Below are positions 11,937 to 23,829 of a stretch of DNA of 64,000 nt, one piece after another. The stretch is taken from contig AE017150.2 in assembly GCA_000002445.1 (NCBI GenBank), forward strand, positions 1 to 64,000. Reading direction: 5' to 3'. The position numbers and the translations under genes are program-made. Under the pieces are notes generated by a model. The model searched no databases. It was not told the DNA's origin and saw nothing but the letters and a program-made list of their open reading frames with translations. The DNA comes from Trypanosoma brucei (lineage: Eukaryota). Every line of letters begins with the position of its first letter. The first letter of the stretch is position 1.

Positions 11937-14900
11937 ATGTCAGGAAACCAAGGAAGAAAGCGACAGCGCATCTCATCACCTGAGCAGTCAGAAGCTTTAA
12001 AGGAACCATCAACTACTGAACAAAATAAACTCACCACCGTTACAATCACCGAAGAGACGCGTGACGCCAGTAATGATGAAACTGTGGTATCATTACTGAA
12101 TGAGCATGAGAAATTGATTAAACAAACGACACGGCTGGAAAGCAGTGTGAAGGCACTTAGGTGTTTCATGAGTAATCTCACAGCTATGAGTGGCGAAAGG
12201 CAAGGTGGTGTGTGTGATGACACCGAATGCATACATAGAGTAACGTTATATAATGCTGCTGATAATGCCTTCAGTGACGAAGGACTATATGAAGGTGCTC
12301 TTTCCTCACTCTGTGGCCGCATTCAAGCTAAGAAATTAACCATCACGTTATCAAAGGGTGGGAAACTTAACTTAAAACGAGTCAGTAAGCTAAAGCAGTT
12401 AGAAGAGTTACGCATTGAATATCCGCGTGGAAAACTTGTGAATATCATATCTTTGAATAACCTTGATATGTTGAAAAGGCTTTGTCTCAGGAGCAACAAT
12501 GTTGACAACAATGACGTTTGCCATTTATTCAGTGTTGGAACATTGGAAGAGTTGGCTATTACTGACACCATGCAACTGACAAATATCAGAGGAATCTCTC
12601 GCTTGACTAACCTGATGTGTCTTGAGTTAAATTCCACAGATATTGATGATACCTGTATAGGGGAAATAAGTGCATGTGCTAAACTGTCCAAATTGAGTGT
12701 ATCCGAATGCAACAATATCACGGATGCAACCCCAATTTCACAGCTTGCAGCGCTTGAAGAGTTGAATCTAAACAGCTGTTACCACATAACGAAGGGAATA
12801 GGAACACTTGGCATGTTGTTACGATTGCGTATGCTTGACTTGAGTGGTGTTCCTGTGGAAGATAATTGTCTGAAGGATTTGTGTGACTGTGGATCGCTTG
12901 AAAGGCTGAACATTTCTTATTGTATTCAGCTGACAGATATCAATCCACTCTCCAATGCCACTGCTATTGAGGAATTGAACCTTAACGGTTGTCGCCGAAT
13001 AACAAGGGGGATAGACGTTGTGTGGGCATTACCAAAGCTCCGTGTATTTCACATGAAGGATGTGCACCTGAGCGAGCCATCTCTCGATTCAGTTGGGACT
13101 GGTGGATCACTTGTAAAGGTCAGTCTTGATAACTGCGCAGGCTTTGGTGATATGTCACTCTTATCCAGCATTGTTACACTCGAGGAGCTGAATATTCAAA
13201 AATGTGCTGACATCATTAGTGGTGTGGGTTGCCTTGGTACACTACCGTACCTGCGTGTGCTTAACATAAAGGAGGTACACATCTCGTCCCTTGACTTTAC
13301 TGGTATTGGTGCCTCAAAATCCCTTTTACAGCTCAATATGGAGAGTATCACGGGACTGAGTAATGTGGAAGCACTCGCCAACATTTTGACTCTGGAAAAA
13401 CTAAGCCTTCACGGCTGCACGGATATTGACGCTGGAATTGGATGTCTCGGAAACCTGCCACAGCTTAAAGTGTTGGATCTGTCTGGCACAAATACCGACA
13501 ATGAGTCTCTCAGAAGTTTATGCCTATCGCAGACAATGGTGTCCCTCAACCTTTCCCATTGTTGGAAAATGACAAATGTGTCCCATATTTCAAGCCTTGA
13601 AGCATTGAATGAACTGAATCTGAGCAACTGTATTAGGATAAATGCAGGATGGGAAGCACTTGAAAAACTTCAGCAGCTACATGTGGCAATCCTCTCGAAT
13701 ACACATATTACTGATAGAGGCATATCCTATTTTAGCAAGTGCAAAAACCTTGTTACGCTTGATCTTTCTTTCTGCAATAAGTTACTTGATGTTACAACTC
13801 TCTCCAACATCACTACGCTTGAGGAGTTGAATCTTGATAGTTGTTCAAACATCAGAAAAGGGCTGAGCGTTCTTGGAGAGTTGCCACGGCTTTGTGTGTT
13901 GAACATAAAGGGTGTACAGTTGGAAGACTCAGTTATTGGTTCACTAGGGAATGGTAAATCACTTGTAAGGCTCAGTCTTGAGAATTGCAAAGGGTTTGGT
14001 GATGTCACGCCTCTCTCGAACCTTGTTACACTTGAGGAACTGAATCTCCACTACTGTGACAAAGTAACCTCTGGAATGGGAACACTGGGCAGGCTACCGC
14101 AGCTTCGTGTACTGGATTTGGGACGGACACAAGTTGATGATAATTCCCTTGAGAATATCTGCACAAGCTCAATCCCACTTGTGTCATTAAATTTTTCGCA
14201 TTGCAAGAAAATAACATCTATTTCTGCAATAGCTTCCCTTACAGCATTGGAGGAACTCAACATTGACAACTGCTGTAATGTAACATCCGGTTGGAATGTA
14301 TTTGGTACACTTCACCAACTGCGTGTAGCCACACTGTCAAACACACGCATTAATGATGAAAAAATACGGCACGTTAGCGAGTGCAAGTCTTTGAATACAC
14401 TCAACCTTGCGTTTTGCAAAGATATAACAGACGTCACAGCACTTTCTAAAATTACTATGCTTGAGGAGTTGAACCTTGATTGCTGCCCTAACATCAGAAA
14501 AGGTATTGAAACTCTTGGAACGCTTCCCAAGGCACGTATCCTAAGCATGAAGGAATGTTACATGGGAGACGGATATGCGCAACAATGTTCCATCCTTGGG
14601 AATAGTAAGTCACTTGTGAAACTGAATCTTGAGAGGTCAAGAGGGCGCATATCTGTGAAAGCTCTCTCTGACATTGCGACGTTGGAGGAGTTGGTACTTG
14701 ATCATGCACGGGAAGTATGTTGCATACCGTCATTTTCCTGTCTACCGCGCCTTCGAGTACTGAATCTGAAATATACGGATATCAATGGTGATGCAACTAA
14801 AAATATTTCCGAATCAAAATCGCTGCGATCACTCAACTTATCACATTGTAAATGGGTAACTGATATATCAGTATTATCTTCCTTATCGACACTGGAGGAG

Positions 14901-16118
14901 CTGAATGTTAACTGCTGCAATGCAATACGAAAAGGCTGGGAGTCGCTCGGGAAGCTGCCTCTACTACGTGTAGCAATTCTATCTGATACTAACATCACCG
15001 CTAAAGATATAGCTTGCCTTAGCAGTTGCAAAAAGCTGGTGAAACTAAAGTTTTTTCGGTGTAAGAAGTTGTCAGATGTTACGGTGGTGTATAAAATTCA
15101 ATCACTGGAGGAGCTGATAGTTAAGAACTGCTCAGGCGGCCTCAAGGGACTGAATGCCCTTGGTACACTTCCACGGTTGCGTTTTCTCCATCTGCGAAAT
15201 GTGAGTGGTAGTGATATATCTGTTGAATCTATTGGGACGAGCAAATCTCTCGTGAGGCTTAATATTGAAACGCGCGAGGAGTTAACAGACACAACACCCC
15301 TCTCCAACATCACATCCCTTGAGGAATTGTCATTGCGGAAATGCGGTAATAATCTGGAAGGAGTCGGAACACTTGGGAAACTGCCACGGCTTAGATCGCT
15401 GTATCTGGGTTTATCTCGCATTAACGATAGCACACTTTATTATATTTGTCTGTCTCGATCAATTACGTCACTTAACCTAGCCTCCAGTTGGAAACTAACA
15501 GATATATCTCATATATCAAAGCTTACGGCACTGGAGGAATTGAATCTGAGAGGATGTTACCCCATAACTTCAGGCTGGGAAGCACTAAGCGAATTACCAC
15601 GACTTCGTGTGCTCAACTTGGAATCCACCAGAGTTACGACCCGTTACGGTGGATATTATATCAGAAGATGCAAATCCCTCGTCACACTCAGCCTTGAATC
15701 GTGTGATATGACCGATGCTTCATGTCTTGCTAATATCAAGACACTGGAGGAGTTGCATATAGGGAGATGCAAAGAGCTAAGGTGGGGGTTTAGTCCACTT
15801 TTCACTCTTCCGCGGTTGCGCATTCTTAACTTGATTTGTTCTCTCATTACAGATGAAGACCTCAGGGAAATTCAACCACCCCATACCATTGAGGAGCTCA
15901 ATCTCTCTTATTGTGAGGAGCTCAATGATATTACACCACTTGGGAGAATAAAATCAATTAAAAAATTGCATCTCCGTCAGAGCCATGATGCCAGAAGGCC
16001 TACAGAAGGATTCAGAAGTCTTTTGGAGTTGCCGTGTCTTTCTTGGGTTGACCTAAACAACGTGTACGGCTGGTTTGATGTTTCTTGTGAACTGAGAAAA
16101 AGGAGGGTACATACCTAA
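11937..16118 (+). CDS. LRRP: Leucine-rich repeat protein (LRRP / ESAG8-like), ~1393 aa from first ATG
   Basis: Uninterrupted 4.2 kb ORF of ~24-aa LRR units (LEELNL..C..I..G...LG.LP.LRVL.L) grouped into higher-order ~5-repeat supermodules. The ORF-track start at 11850 is TTG; the first ATG is at 11937 and follows a C12 polypyrimidine tract (11834-11845). Stop TAA at 16116-16118. Confidence 0.85.
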   Translation: MSGNQGRKRQRISSPEQSEALKEPSTTEQNKLTTVTITEETRDASNDETVVSLLNEHEKLIKQTTRLESSVKALRCFMSNLTAMSGERQGGVCDDTECIHRVTLYNAADNAFSDEGLYEGALSSLCGRIQAKKLTITLSKGGKLNLKRVSKLKQLEELRIEYPRGKLVNIISLNNLDMLKRLCLRSNNVDNNDVCHLFSVGTLEELAITDTMQLTNIRGISRLTNLMCLELNSTDIDDTCIGEISACAKLSKLSVSECNNITDATPISQLAALEELNLNSCYHITKGIGTLGMLLRLRMLDLSGVPVEDNCLKDLCDCGSLERLNISYCIQLTDINPLSNATAIEELNLNGCRRITRGIDVVWALPKLRVFHMKDVHLSEPSLDSVGTGGSLVKVSLDNCAGFGDMSLLSSIVTLEELNIQKCADIISGVGCLGTLPYLRVLNIKEVHISSLDFTGIGASKSLLQLNMESITGLSNVEALANILTLEKLSLHGCTDIDAGIGCLGNLPQLKVLDLSGTNTDNESLRSLCLSQTMVSLNLSHCWKMTNVSHISSLEALNELNLSNCIRINAGWEALEKLQQLHVAILSNTHITDRGISYFSKCKNLVTLDLSFCNKLLDVTTLSNITTLEELNLDSCSNIRKGLSVLGELPRLCVLNIKGVQLEDSVIGSLGNGKSLVRLSLENCKGFGDVTPLSNLVTLEELNLHYCDKVTSGMGTLGRLPQLRVLDLGRTQVDDNSLENICTSSIPLVSLNFSHCKKITSISAIASLTALEELNIDNCCNVTSGWNVFGTLHQLRVATLSNTRINDEKIRHVSECKSLNTLNLAFCKDITDVTALSKITMLEELNLDCCPNIRKGIETLGTLPKARILSMKECYMGDGYAQQCSILGNSKSLVKLNLERSRGRISVKALSDIATLEELVLDHAREVCCIPSFSCLPRLRVLNLKYTDINGDATKNISESKSLRSLNLSHCKWVTDISVLSSLSTLEELNVNCCNAIRKGWESLGKLPLLRVAILSDTNITAKDIACLSSCKKLVKLKFFRCKKLSDVTVVYKIQSLEELIVKNCSGGLKGLNALGTLPRLRFLHLRNVSGSDISVESIGTSKSLVRLNIETREELTDTTPLSNITSLEELSLRKCGNNLEGVGTLGKLPRLRSLYLGLSRINDSTLYYICLSRSITSLNLASSWKLTDISHISKLTALEELNLRGCYPITSGWEALSELPRLRVLNLESTRVTTRYGGYYIRRCKSLVTLSLESCDMTDASCLANIKTLEELHIGRCKELRWGFSPLFTLPRLRILNLICSLITDEDLREIQPPHTIEELNLSYCEELNDITPLGRIKSIKKLHLRQSHDARRPTEGFRSLLELPCLSWVDLNNVYGWFDVSCELRKRRVHT

Positions 16119-16388
16119 TAATATTTGATCCATTGTTTCACTTTGTATTATTGTAACAACTTATTGCTGAGAACACGTTACTAAATTTAACAGCCAGTTC
16201 GAGTGGTTCGCTCACTGTAGGCACTATTACTCAAACAGATACCAGTAACAATTCACATGGATGATATTGTATGTTACACTATATTAAATACGAGAAATAC
16301 GAGGATTTCATTACGGTTATTTAAGTGCTTCGTATTTTACTAAGTCATACCAATCATATGTTGTGAAGAATAAAGAACAGTTAGGAAA

Positions 16389-16405
16389 GTGTGTGTGTGT
16401 GTGTA
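16389..16405. repeat. (GT)n microsatellite in the LRRP 3' region
   Basis: agtgtgtgtgtgtgtgtatg. Confidence 0.9.
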
Positions 16406-19400
16406 TGCACAAGGCTTTTTTCTCAGTGGAAATTTGTATTTTAGTTGCAAGCGTAGTAATTATTGTATTACGCTCATTTATGCTACAACCATGTCAATTG
16501 AATATCTCATTTCTTGTATGTTTTTCTGTCTTTACAGCTACATACTCTCACCCAAATGTCGAATGAAATATTATCGTTATTATTATTATTATTTCTATCG
16601 TTCTTATTGTTATTACGTGAAACACAACATTCACATTTAATTTTTACTCATAACGACACCCGAAAAGTAAAAGCACTCAACATTCTGCAGTACTGTATAC
16701 CTGTCAATGATATGAGGAGGTGAAGTTTATATACCATTAAAGTATGGTGAATATATTTCATTATTATTATTATTATTTGTTTTACTGAAAGAAATGACAG
16801 AGTGACTTTACAATAAATTATATCAGAGCAGCATGTTGTGCACCAAGTTCTTACATGGGAAACGATAATAAAACACATTACGTGTCTCGTGATTCTTTTT
16901 TACATTTGCTGCTGGCAGATACATATTCTCAAACAGTGTAATCGAATCCCCTTGTTTCATTAAAATATTTTAAATTATTTTATTTATTTTTGTAATAACA
17001 TAATTTATTTTACTACATTTCCTTTCAGAATTATTTGGGCCAAACTTTTGTAAAGATGTCATACATTCCGAATTCCCTTGCACAGCAAAGGGTTGTGTAC
17101 CGCCTTAACCCATTAACATTTGTGCTACTTGTGCATGGGAGAATGTAGTAACCATTTCACTGGCTTTGGGAACTATTATTTTCTTACAACATGATGCCTC
17201 AGAAGAACTGAAGGCGAGAGCAAATCCTTTCATTCATTTTATTTTCCTTTTCTTACCGTATCCGTATATGTTTATTACTTTCCAGAAAATACTGCTGAGG
17301 TAAATTATGTATTTCTTCATATTTACTTTTTATTTGACAATAACAAGAAAAGGATTTCCTCCTCACACACTTAAATTAATTAGACACTGCTGTTAGCTGA
17401 TAAGTTATGGACAGCCGCACATTTAAGTTACACAAATCCACACCGATTCGAAATAGTAAAATATCAAATATTATGTATTTATTTGAGGAAAAAAAAAGAG
17501 ACGAAAAGAAGCGCTGCATCTGAAGCAAGATGCATGTGAAATCGAAGAACAACTGTCATTTGAATATCATATCCCCAAATTGTTTTGATTACATTATTAG
17601 CAGTAAATGCTTACGGAACTTGGGAAGTGAATGACTACTGAAATTAAAAGCATGAGGACGCATTGCGATGACACATGAGAGAAACATGGGTGGGATTTTT
17701 ATATATTGGAAAGTGGAGTGGCTTTAAGGTATTTTACATGATGTTTAGTTGGAGATTGAAATACTTCAGAAAATAGTGAAAGAGTGTTATGATACAGGAA
17801 TCTTTTCGTTTACTAATTTCAAGCGGACTTCCACGACGCACTATTTTCGGTTTACATTGCAAGAAGTGGTATGATATATGCAACCGCTTATTTCTTATTT
17901 ATTTTTTGTGAGTTTATATAAGTGTGGTTTGGTGACGTGGAAAATTTTAGCATATGGTTAATGTCTTTGTGACAAGCAACTGCTCTGCTCGAGCTATGGT
18001 ATTGGAAGGTTAAATATAAATTATATGTTTTATGAGTTATCAAATGCTGAATGCTTCAACTGACTCACTCTTCAAACCAAAACACTTTCTCAGCTTTTCC
18101 ACTCTGAGCTAAAAATGTAGTTCAGTTTCCAAACAGCACACCACATCTCATTCATTATCGGGTAAAGAGATATTTGTTGTATGGGCAACACGAAAGTGGA
18201 GAAGTGCAGAAAGTAGAAATAAAGAAATATATATATATATATCGAATTATGTTGGAACTGGAGGTATCATTCAACCTAAGAGCAAAAGCACCTTTCCTTC
18301 TGTTGTGAGCCGCAACCATGCCGTGACGAAGTTACAAGTGGAAGGAGTTGACTCAAATCATTCATCACCTAATATCTGTAATGTGAATATGTTTGTTGAG
18401 AGATATTCGTATGTTAATGAGAGACCATTATGCAGAGGGAAGAACAACCGACGACTGCAACCTAAAACCCGTAATTTGCGGACTGTGATAAACTTTAACA
18501 GTTTCATTTTATTATGTAAAGATGGCATCAGCAGATTACACTTGTAAGCTGTTTGAAGTCAAAACAACGATACACGGAAGGGAATGTGCAAGTGGTGATT
18601 TAAATCGTATGTTTATGAGAAATTTGTAGTGTGAATCAACTGTTGAAATATGTTGCGCGATATTAACAGCAGATGTTGTTTTTTTCATATTATTCTTTTT
18701 TTTTTTTTTTTACTTGTCTGTCGAACAATCTGAGGTTTAGTTGATATATTCCTGAGTTTCATCACATGTGTTTCTGTTTATATAATACTAATCGTTACAA
18801 ACTAAATATCTGCAGTAAGTATATTAAAAACATACGATTTGTCACCACCTCTTGCTTCATTTCTCTTTATTCAAACGGCACTTTCTTTTAATCTTGTAAA
18901 TAATTTTTTTATCGTTGTTTCATTTGTTTGTACCCTTCATCCTCTGCGCACGCTGCTGTATTTATTTGCTTCTACACGCTCGCAAAAAAAAAAAGAAAAT
19001 ATAAATTATTTTGAAACAAATACAGGTTGCGACTGATGTTTGTTCTGTTTGCGTCGTATTATAAGGGGAATGTAAGATTCGTTGATTAAACATTTCATGG
19101 CGCATCATTACCGAGTTGTTTGTCATGAATTCATAATTAACCATGAGACAGGTTTTTACGAGTCATACTCCCTGCATAAATGCAATGCACTGAAGGAATG
19201 TAATTTTATTTATTTTTTATTACTACCATTTTTATTGTCAGTATTAATATTCAGGTTTTCATCCATCACTATTTTATTATTTATATTTTCTTTCCAACAT
19301 CTGTTTCAAGCAACATGGTCGATTGGAAATAATGTAAACATCAATGGTTAGAGAAACTTTGATTTGCCTTGAGCGTGCAGATGCGCAAAGTTCAAAAGGT

Positions 19401-22245
19401 TTCAGAAAGGTGATGGGGAAGTTTAACCATATTTTTTTATTACTGAATTATTTCTCTAAAATGCTTTTTTTCTTTTGTGTTGCACTTACATTCAAAACCA
19501 ATTGGGCAGCACTTTGAAGACAGTCAGGTGGCGTATGGAAATATTTGCCATTTTGGGAAATTTTCTACCGCTTACTAAAGTTTGATATGTTTTAACACTT
19601 TTTGATGAAAATGTGAATATTGTTGAAAAACTCGAAAATATAAAACTTCTACTAAAAATTGTATAATAGTGGACTACGGATGTAAAGTAGTATAGTGATA
19701 GGGTATTAAAAAATGAGTGCTATTTTTATTTTGTTTATTTTATTGATACTCGTTATGCGTATCATAGTAAGGATAATGATAATGATAGGAGTATGTTGTG
19801 ACTGTGTATATACGAATATAATAAGAGTAGTTGTATGGAACAACTGGAAACCAAAAATAGAAGCGCTTAAAACAATTCTAAGAATACTATATGAAAAATG
19901 ATGCAATGGGAGTAAGCGAGTATGAGATAGAACGCAAAGGTGAATGAGAAATATTGATGGAGGAAAGTAAGAGGGAGGAAGAAAAAAATGTAGCTGTAAT
20001 ATGTGTAGCTTCACCTGCAAATATGAAGATTGGTATTATACACACAACGAAATGACTAAAGAGGAAACGAAGGAGAGAAACAGTCCAGTTTAGAGTCTAA
20101 ATGGAGTTGGTACGTGATCATTACCGATAGGAAAAGAGAGAGAGAAGACGAAAAGAAATTAAAGAAAGTACGGAGTGAAGTGAAAATATATGCGAGTGCA
20201 CGGCGAAAAACAAAATGATACTTGACGATAAAGAGGATAACCCACAAATTTGCGGTATTATACTGAAAATGGATACAGTCTTTTCAGAGATGATTGCAGT
20301 AGCAGCAGCTTTAAACGCTACGCTGATGGGGGTCTTATGATGGAAACCGTGTAATTGGAATAGCTAGCACACGCAACTGGTAAAATTTCTAGTATATCTG
20401 AACTAATCAGTGCAACCAGCTACTTCCATCAACATAACTATGCGTAGAGGTGAAATGTAAAGAATGCAATAAAGGAGTAGAATTCCTCTAGTGTGCTCTG
20501 CACCAGCTGTTGCTAAAACTGACTTCTAAAACAAAAAACTGTAGATGCACGCTCAAAGATAAGCTGCACACACTAAGCAAACATGTAGCAGCAGATACAT
20601 CATAATAATATCAAGTCGATGCCTGTATATAAAACTGTTTCTTAACTAAACAGCTTAGTAGTACATCTGACTTATCTTCCTTGAGTTTTCTACATTTTTT
20701 GCTAATAACAGCCTAAAATTATAAAGGTATATTAGGCAATAAAGTTTCGTATATTGAGAAATTTACTACTACCGTTGTTATTACATTGTGTATTTAAGTA
20801 CAGTATCTCTTGAAAGTGAAAATAAATAACATAAACAATGTGTCAGTGAATTATACTAAGAAACCAAGGGTCTTTGTGGTTGTAGTTCAAACTCATGCAA
20901 CACAAGGGATGGTGTAGGCTCATATTGAGTGCCAAACTAAGTAACATTGAAATTATTACAATTGCGATGGGAGTTTTGTATATCCATGTTACGAGACCGA
21001 CATGGGTTATGGAATTTTAAAGAAACAGAATGCAAGTGATGAGGATATTTTAATTCATTCAGACGGATCTGATGTTATTGTTACTGATGGACAGAAGTAT
21101 GAAAATGCTGTGGAATATTTTATACAAAATACTGCAGAAAATGAAGAGAATTTTAGTGGAGAGGATATAGTCAAAGAAAAGCGGATTTCTCCAATTCTAT
21201 TTATGTCGACAGCTGAGTATTATTAACCTCAGTTGGATTTGCTTATGAACTCACATCACAAGGAGAATATGGAGAGATGTTATTGGTTTTTAAAGGCTCT
21301 TTACTCAGGGAAGGAAAAACTCAACCTAACTCATTTGCTAAAATGGTGGATAACTAAAAAACCTTAGTTGAGCAGTTGTGGTATAATAGCTAGTGTGGAA
21401 ATTCAGAAAGTTTTAGAAAGCGTTTAATGAAATGCTTAAAATGAGCAGCGGGTGGTGGTCGGACCAGAGTAATTACAATCCTTTACTTATTTGTAGTGCG
21501 ATTCAGGAGGAAGCTGTTGGCCAGGAATTTGTTTTGAAGCGAGGAATGATTGGATTAGATTATGAAGAACATTTATTCTCCATCCCAGTCAGTGGCCCTA
21601 TTACAGAAGCTGCGTTCCTTCATCTTGTGGGCAACGCCTTATGGAAGGAAAGGGCAAAGGAAATAATGACAAACTTAACTTGGTTCTACAAGTTTGCGAG
21701 TAAGGAATTTATAAATCAAAACCTAACAAGCTTCAAACTTATGTAGTATCAGGAAAAAGGTTGCATTTTGGTTATGAAAGTATTTGTGGTGATGCATTTA
21801 AAGAAGGGGACTCATCTAAGGCTAAAAAATTATGAAGACAGTAAAAATAAGGACATTAAAATTCATTGGAATTTCCCAAAGTGACTAGGAAAGAAGCAGC
21901 ACTGCCAAGCAAAAATCCAACAGCAGACTGGCGCACTCAAAACTTGTAGAAGACTTCTACACCCAATGTTCGTTGAAAATTACAAGGTAAAAACAAAGCG
22001 GGAATATGATTAACAGGAACAGCGATGAGTTAACCTACCTCAGCAGAGAGGCGCAGATAAAAGACGATACAGCCCTTTTGGCCGCAGCGCTCGTAAGCAG
22101 CACAACAGCTAACGCTGCGAGCGACACATTGCCTGACACCAACCTAAAAGGGCAGATAACAATTAAGTGCGACGAAGCAGCATATCTAGCTGACAGGACG
22201 CTGGCTTTTAGAAACGTTATAGACCAGCACATCGCTGTAATGGCA

Positions 22246-22255
22246 TTTTTTTTTT
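22246..22255 (-). other. Candidate poly(A) tail remnant (T10 on + strand) ~490 bp 3' of the zinc-finger ORF on the minus strand
   Basis: tggcaTTTTTTTTTTggaat; on the minus strand this is A10 following ...ccagtggggggaaattctcacgaaagcacgaagaaaattcc. Consistent with the 3' end of a non-LTR element but short. Confidence 0.3.
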
Positions 22256-22746
22256 GGAATTTTCTTCGTGCTTTCGTGAGAATTTCCCCCCACTGGCGCG
22301 GCCATCAGCCATCACCGTAGAGCCCTGAGATGCTATCGTTCTGGCGACTGTGGCAGAGTCTCCATTTTTTTATTCATCCTAACACACTCTCTATAACTTT
22401 TTGTTGTAGCTCCGCAGTTGAACGGAACACAGCAGATGGGGCGAGATGTCCCTCACCCCGGACTCTCCAAAAGATGTCAATTAGCAATCCTTTTGTTTTG
22501 ATTTTTGTTATTCGTTTATTATTCTCTTCCCCTCTTTCTGTTTCTGTTGCTTGTTGACAGCATACCTCCTCTGTCTCTGAGGGTGTCTGGACTATTCCTG
22601 CGTCCGGTGCTTTTCCTGCTAGCTCCACATTCGGCAATGAGGGGGGAAGTTGCAGAAGGGAGAGTGGGTTGTATGACTGTTACCTTAGGTGAGGACTTCA
22701 CCTGCGGCCGGCTCCGTTCAACCGCAATGAGAAATTGCGCCAGCAT

Positions 22747-23829
22747 TTAAGAGAAACATACATGCTGCACACACACACCCTCTACCGCAAACCTGACACG
22801 TAACTCCTTCAAACCGGGACAGCTCATCAAGTGCAGCGACATTTCTTCACAGTCGCCGCGTTGGCTGGTAACAGTGTGCTCTACCTTCATACCGTTCATC
22901 TTCTTTTGATGTAGGGTGAGGCCAGTTTTGCTAGCACACTGCCTTCCGCATGTCGGGCACACCAACATGGATGTGTTTGTATGCGGGGAATCAGTGGCAC
23001 GCAATTTTGTGCTTTTGCTGCATTTAAGCTCGACTCCCTCACCTTTGTGGAAAGCCTTACAGTGTCGGATGAGGGAGTCCCTGCAACTGAGCACTTTTTG
23101 GCACACACCACACTGCACCTCGCCCTTCCCCGGGACGTCAACGTTTTCCTCACGGGCACGCTTACGAGGGAATTGCACCAACACCACGGTACCGTCCTCC
23201 TTCACTATGCTTTTATGTTTGAATTTCTTGTGTAGTGACAGGGAAGAACGTGTACCGAAGCTCGCCTCGCACAGGTCACATTGAAACGGCAGCTTCCGTG
23301 TATCCTGAGAGGCTGGCGCTGCTGGGGCTCTACCATCTCCTTGCAATGAGTCTTCGTTCTCTCGCCCCCTTTTCACGCGGCAACTACCGCTGCCTATGCC
23401 ATGTATTGTTCTAAGGTGGTGAAATACTCGGCCTGGCACTGCGAATTTGGAGGCACAGAAGGTACAATGAAGCACCTGCGGTCTCATCGGGACTCGTGTG
23501 CTCGATGGTAGGGGAACGATCGCCACCACTGGAGGGGGCTCCGGGGGGATGTCCACTGCAGGTGTTGCATCGCCGTATTTGATCCTCCGGAGGGCATCAG
23601 CTCGCACAAAGCCGTGTTTGTTTACCATATGCGTTACAGCACTCGAGCGGCATTGGTATGTGGCATCACACTCCGTACATTTGGTCGGTTCGGAGGTTCT
23701 CTGAAGAGTGCGTGTCGCAACAGTTGGGGCTGTTTGTATTGTTGGTCCTATCGCTGCATGTTTCGGGTTACACCATCGGCACTGTGGAGGCACACTAGGG
23801 TTGATCTTCCGCACCCTCTTGAATTGCAT
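22747..23829 (-). CDS. ORF with five tandem C2H2 zinc fingers (C-x2-C-x12-H-x4-H), abutting the truncated RHS; possibly retroelement-derived (ingi/DIRE-like C-terminal domain) or a novel gene
   Basis: 361 aa from first ATG (23827-23829). The track start at 23886 is TTG and lies inside RHS-derived sequence. Fingers: CTECDATYQCRSSAVTHMVNKH, CTFCASKFAVPGRVFHHLRTIH, CDLCEASFGTRSSLSLHKKFKH, CGVCQKVLSCRDSLIRHCKAFH, CPTCGRQCASKTGLTLHQKKMNG. Confidence 0.4.
   Translation of the reverse strand: MQFKRVRKINPSVPPQCRWCNPKHAAIGPTIQTAPTVATRTLQRTSEPTKCTECDATYQCRSSAVTHMVNKHGFVRADALRRIKYGDATPAVDIPPEPPPVVAIVPLPSSTRVPMRPQVLHCTFCASKFAVPGRVFHHLRTIHGIGSGSCRVKRGRENEDSLQGDGRAPAAPASQDTRKLPFQCDLCEASFGTRSSLSLHKKFKHKSIVKEDGTVVLVQFPRKRAREENVDVPGKGEVQCGVCQKVLSCRDSLIRHCKAFHKGEGVELKCSKSTKLRATDSPHTNTSMLVCPTCGRQCASKTGLTLHQKKMNGMKVEHTVTSQRGDCEEMSLHLMSCPGLKELRVRFAVEGVCVQHVCFS

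Noticed and set aside
22006-22320. VSG-like N-terminal fragment
   Set aside because: This rests only on an Ala-rich hydrophobic stretch. No cysteine pattern or other VSG hallmark was visible, so the evidence is too weak to annotate.
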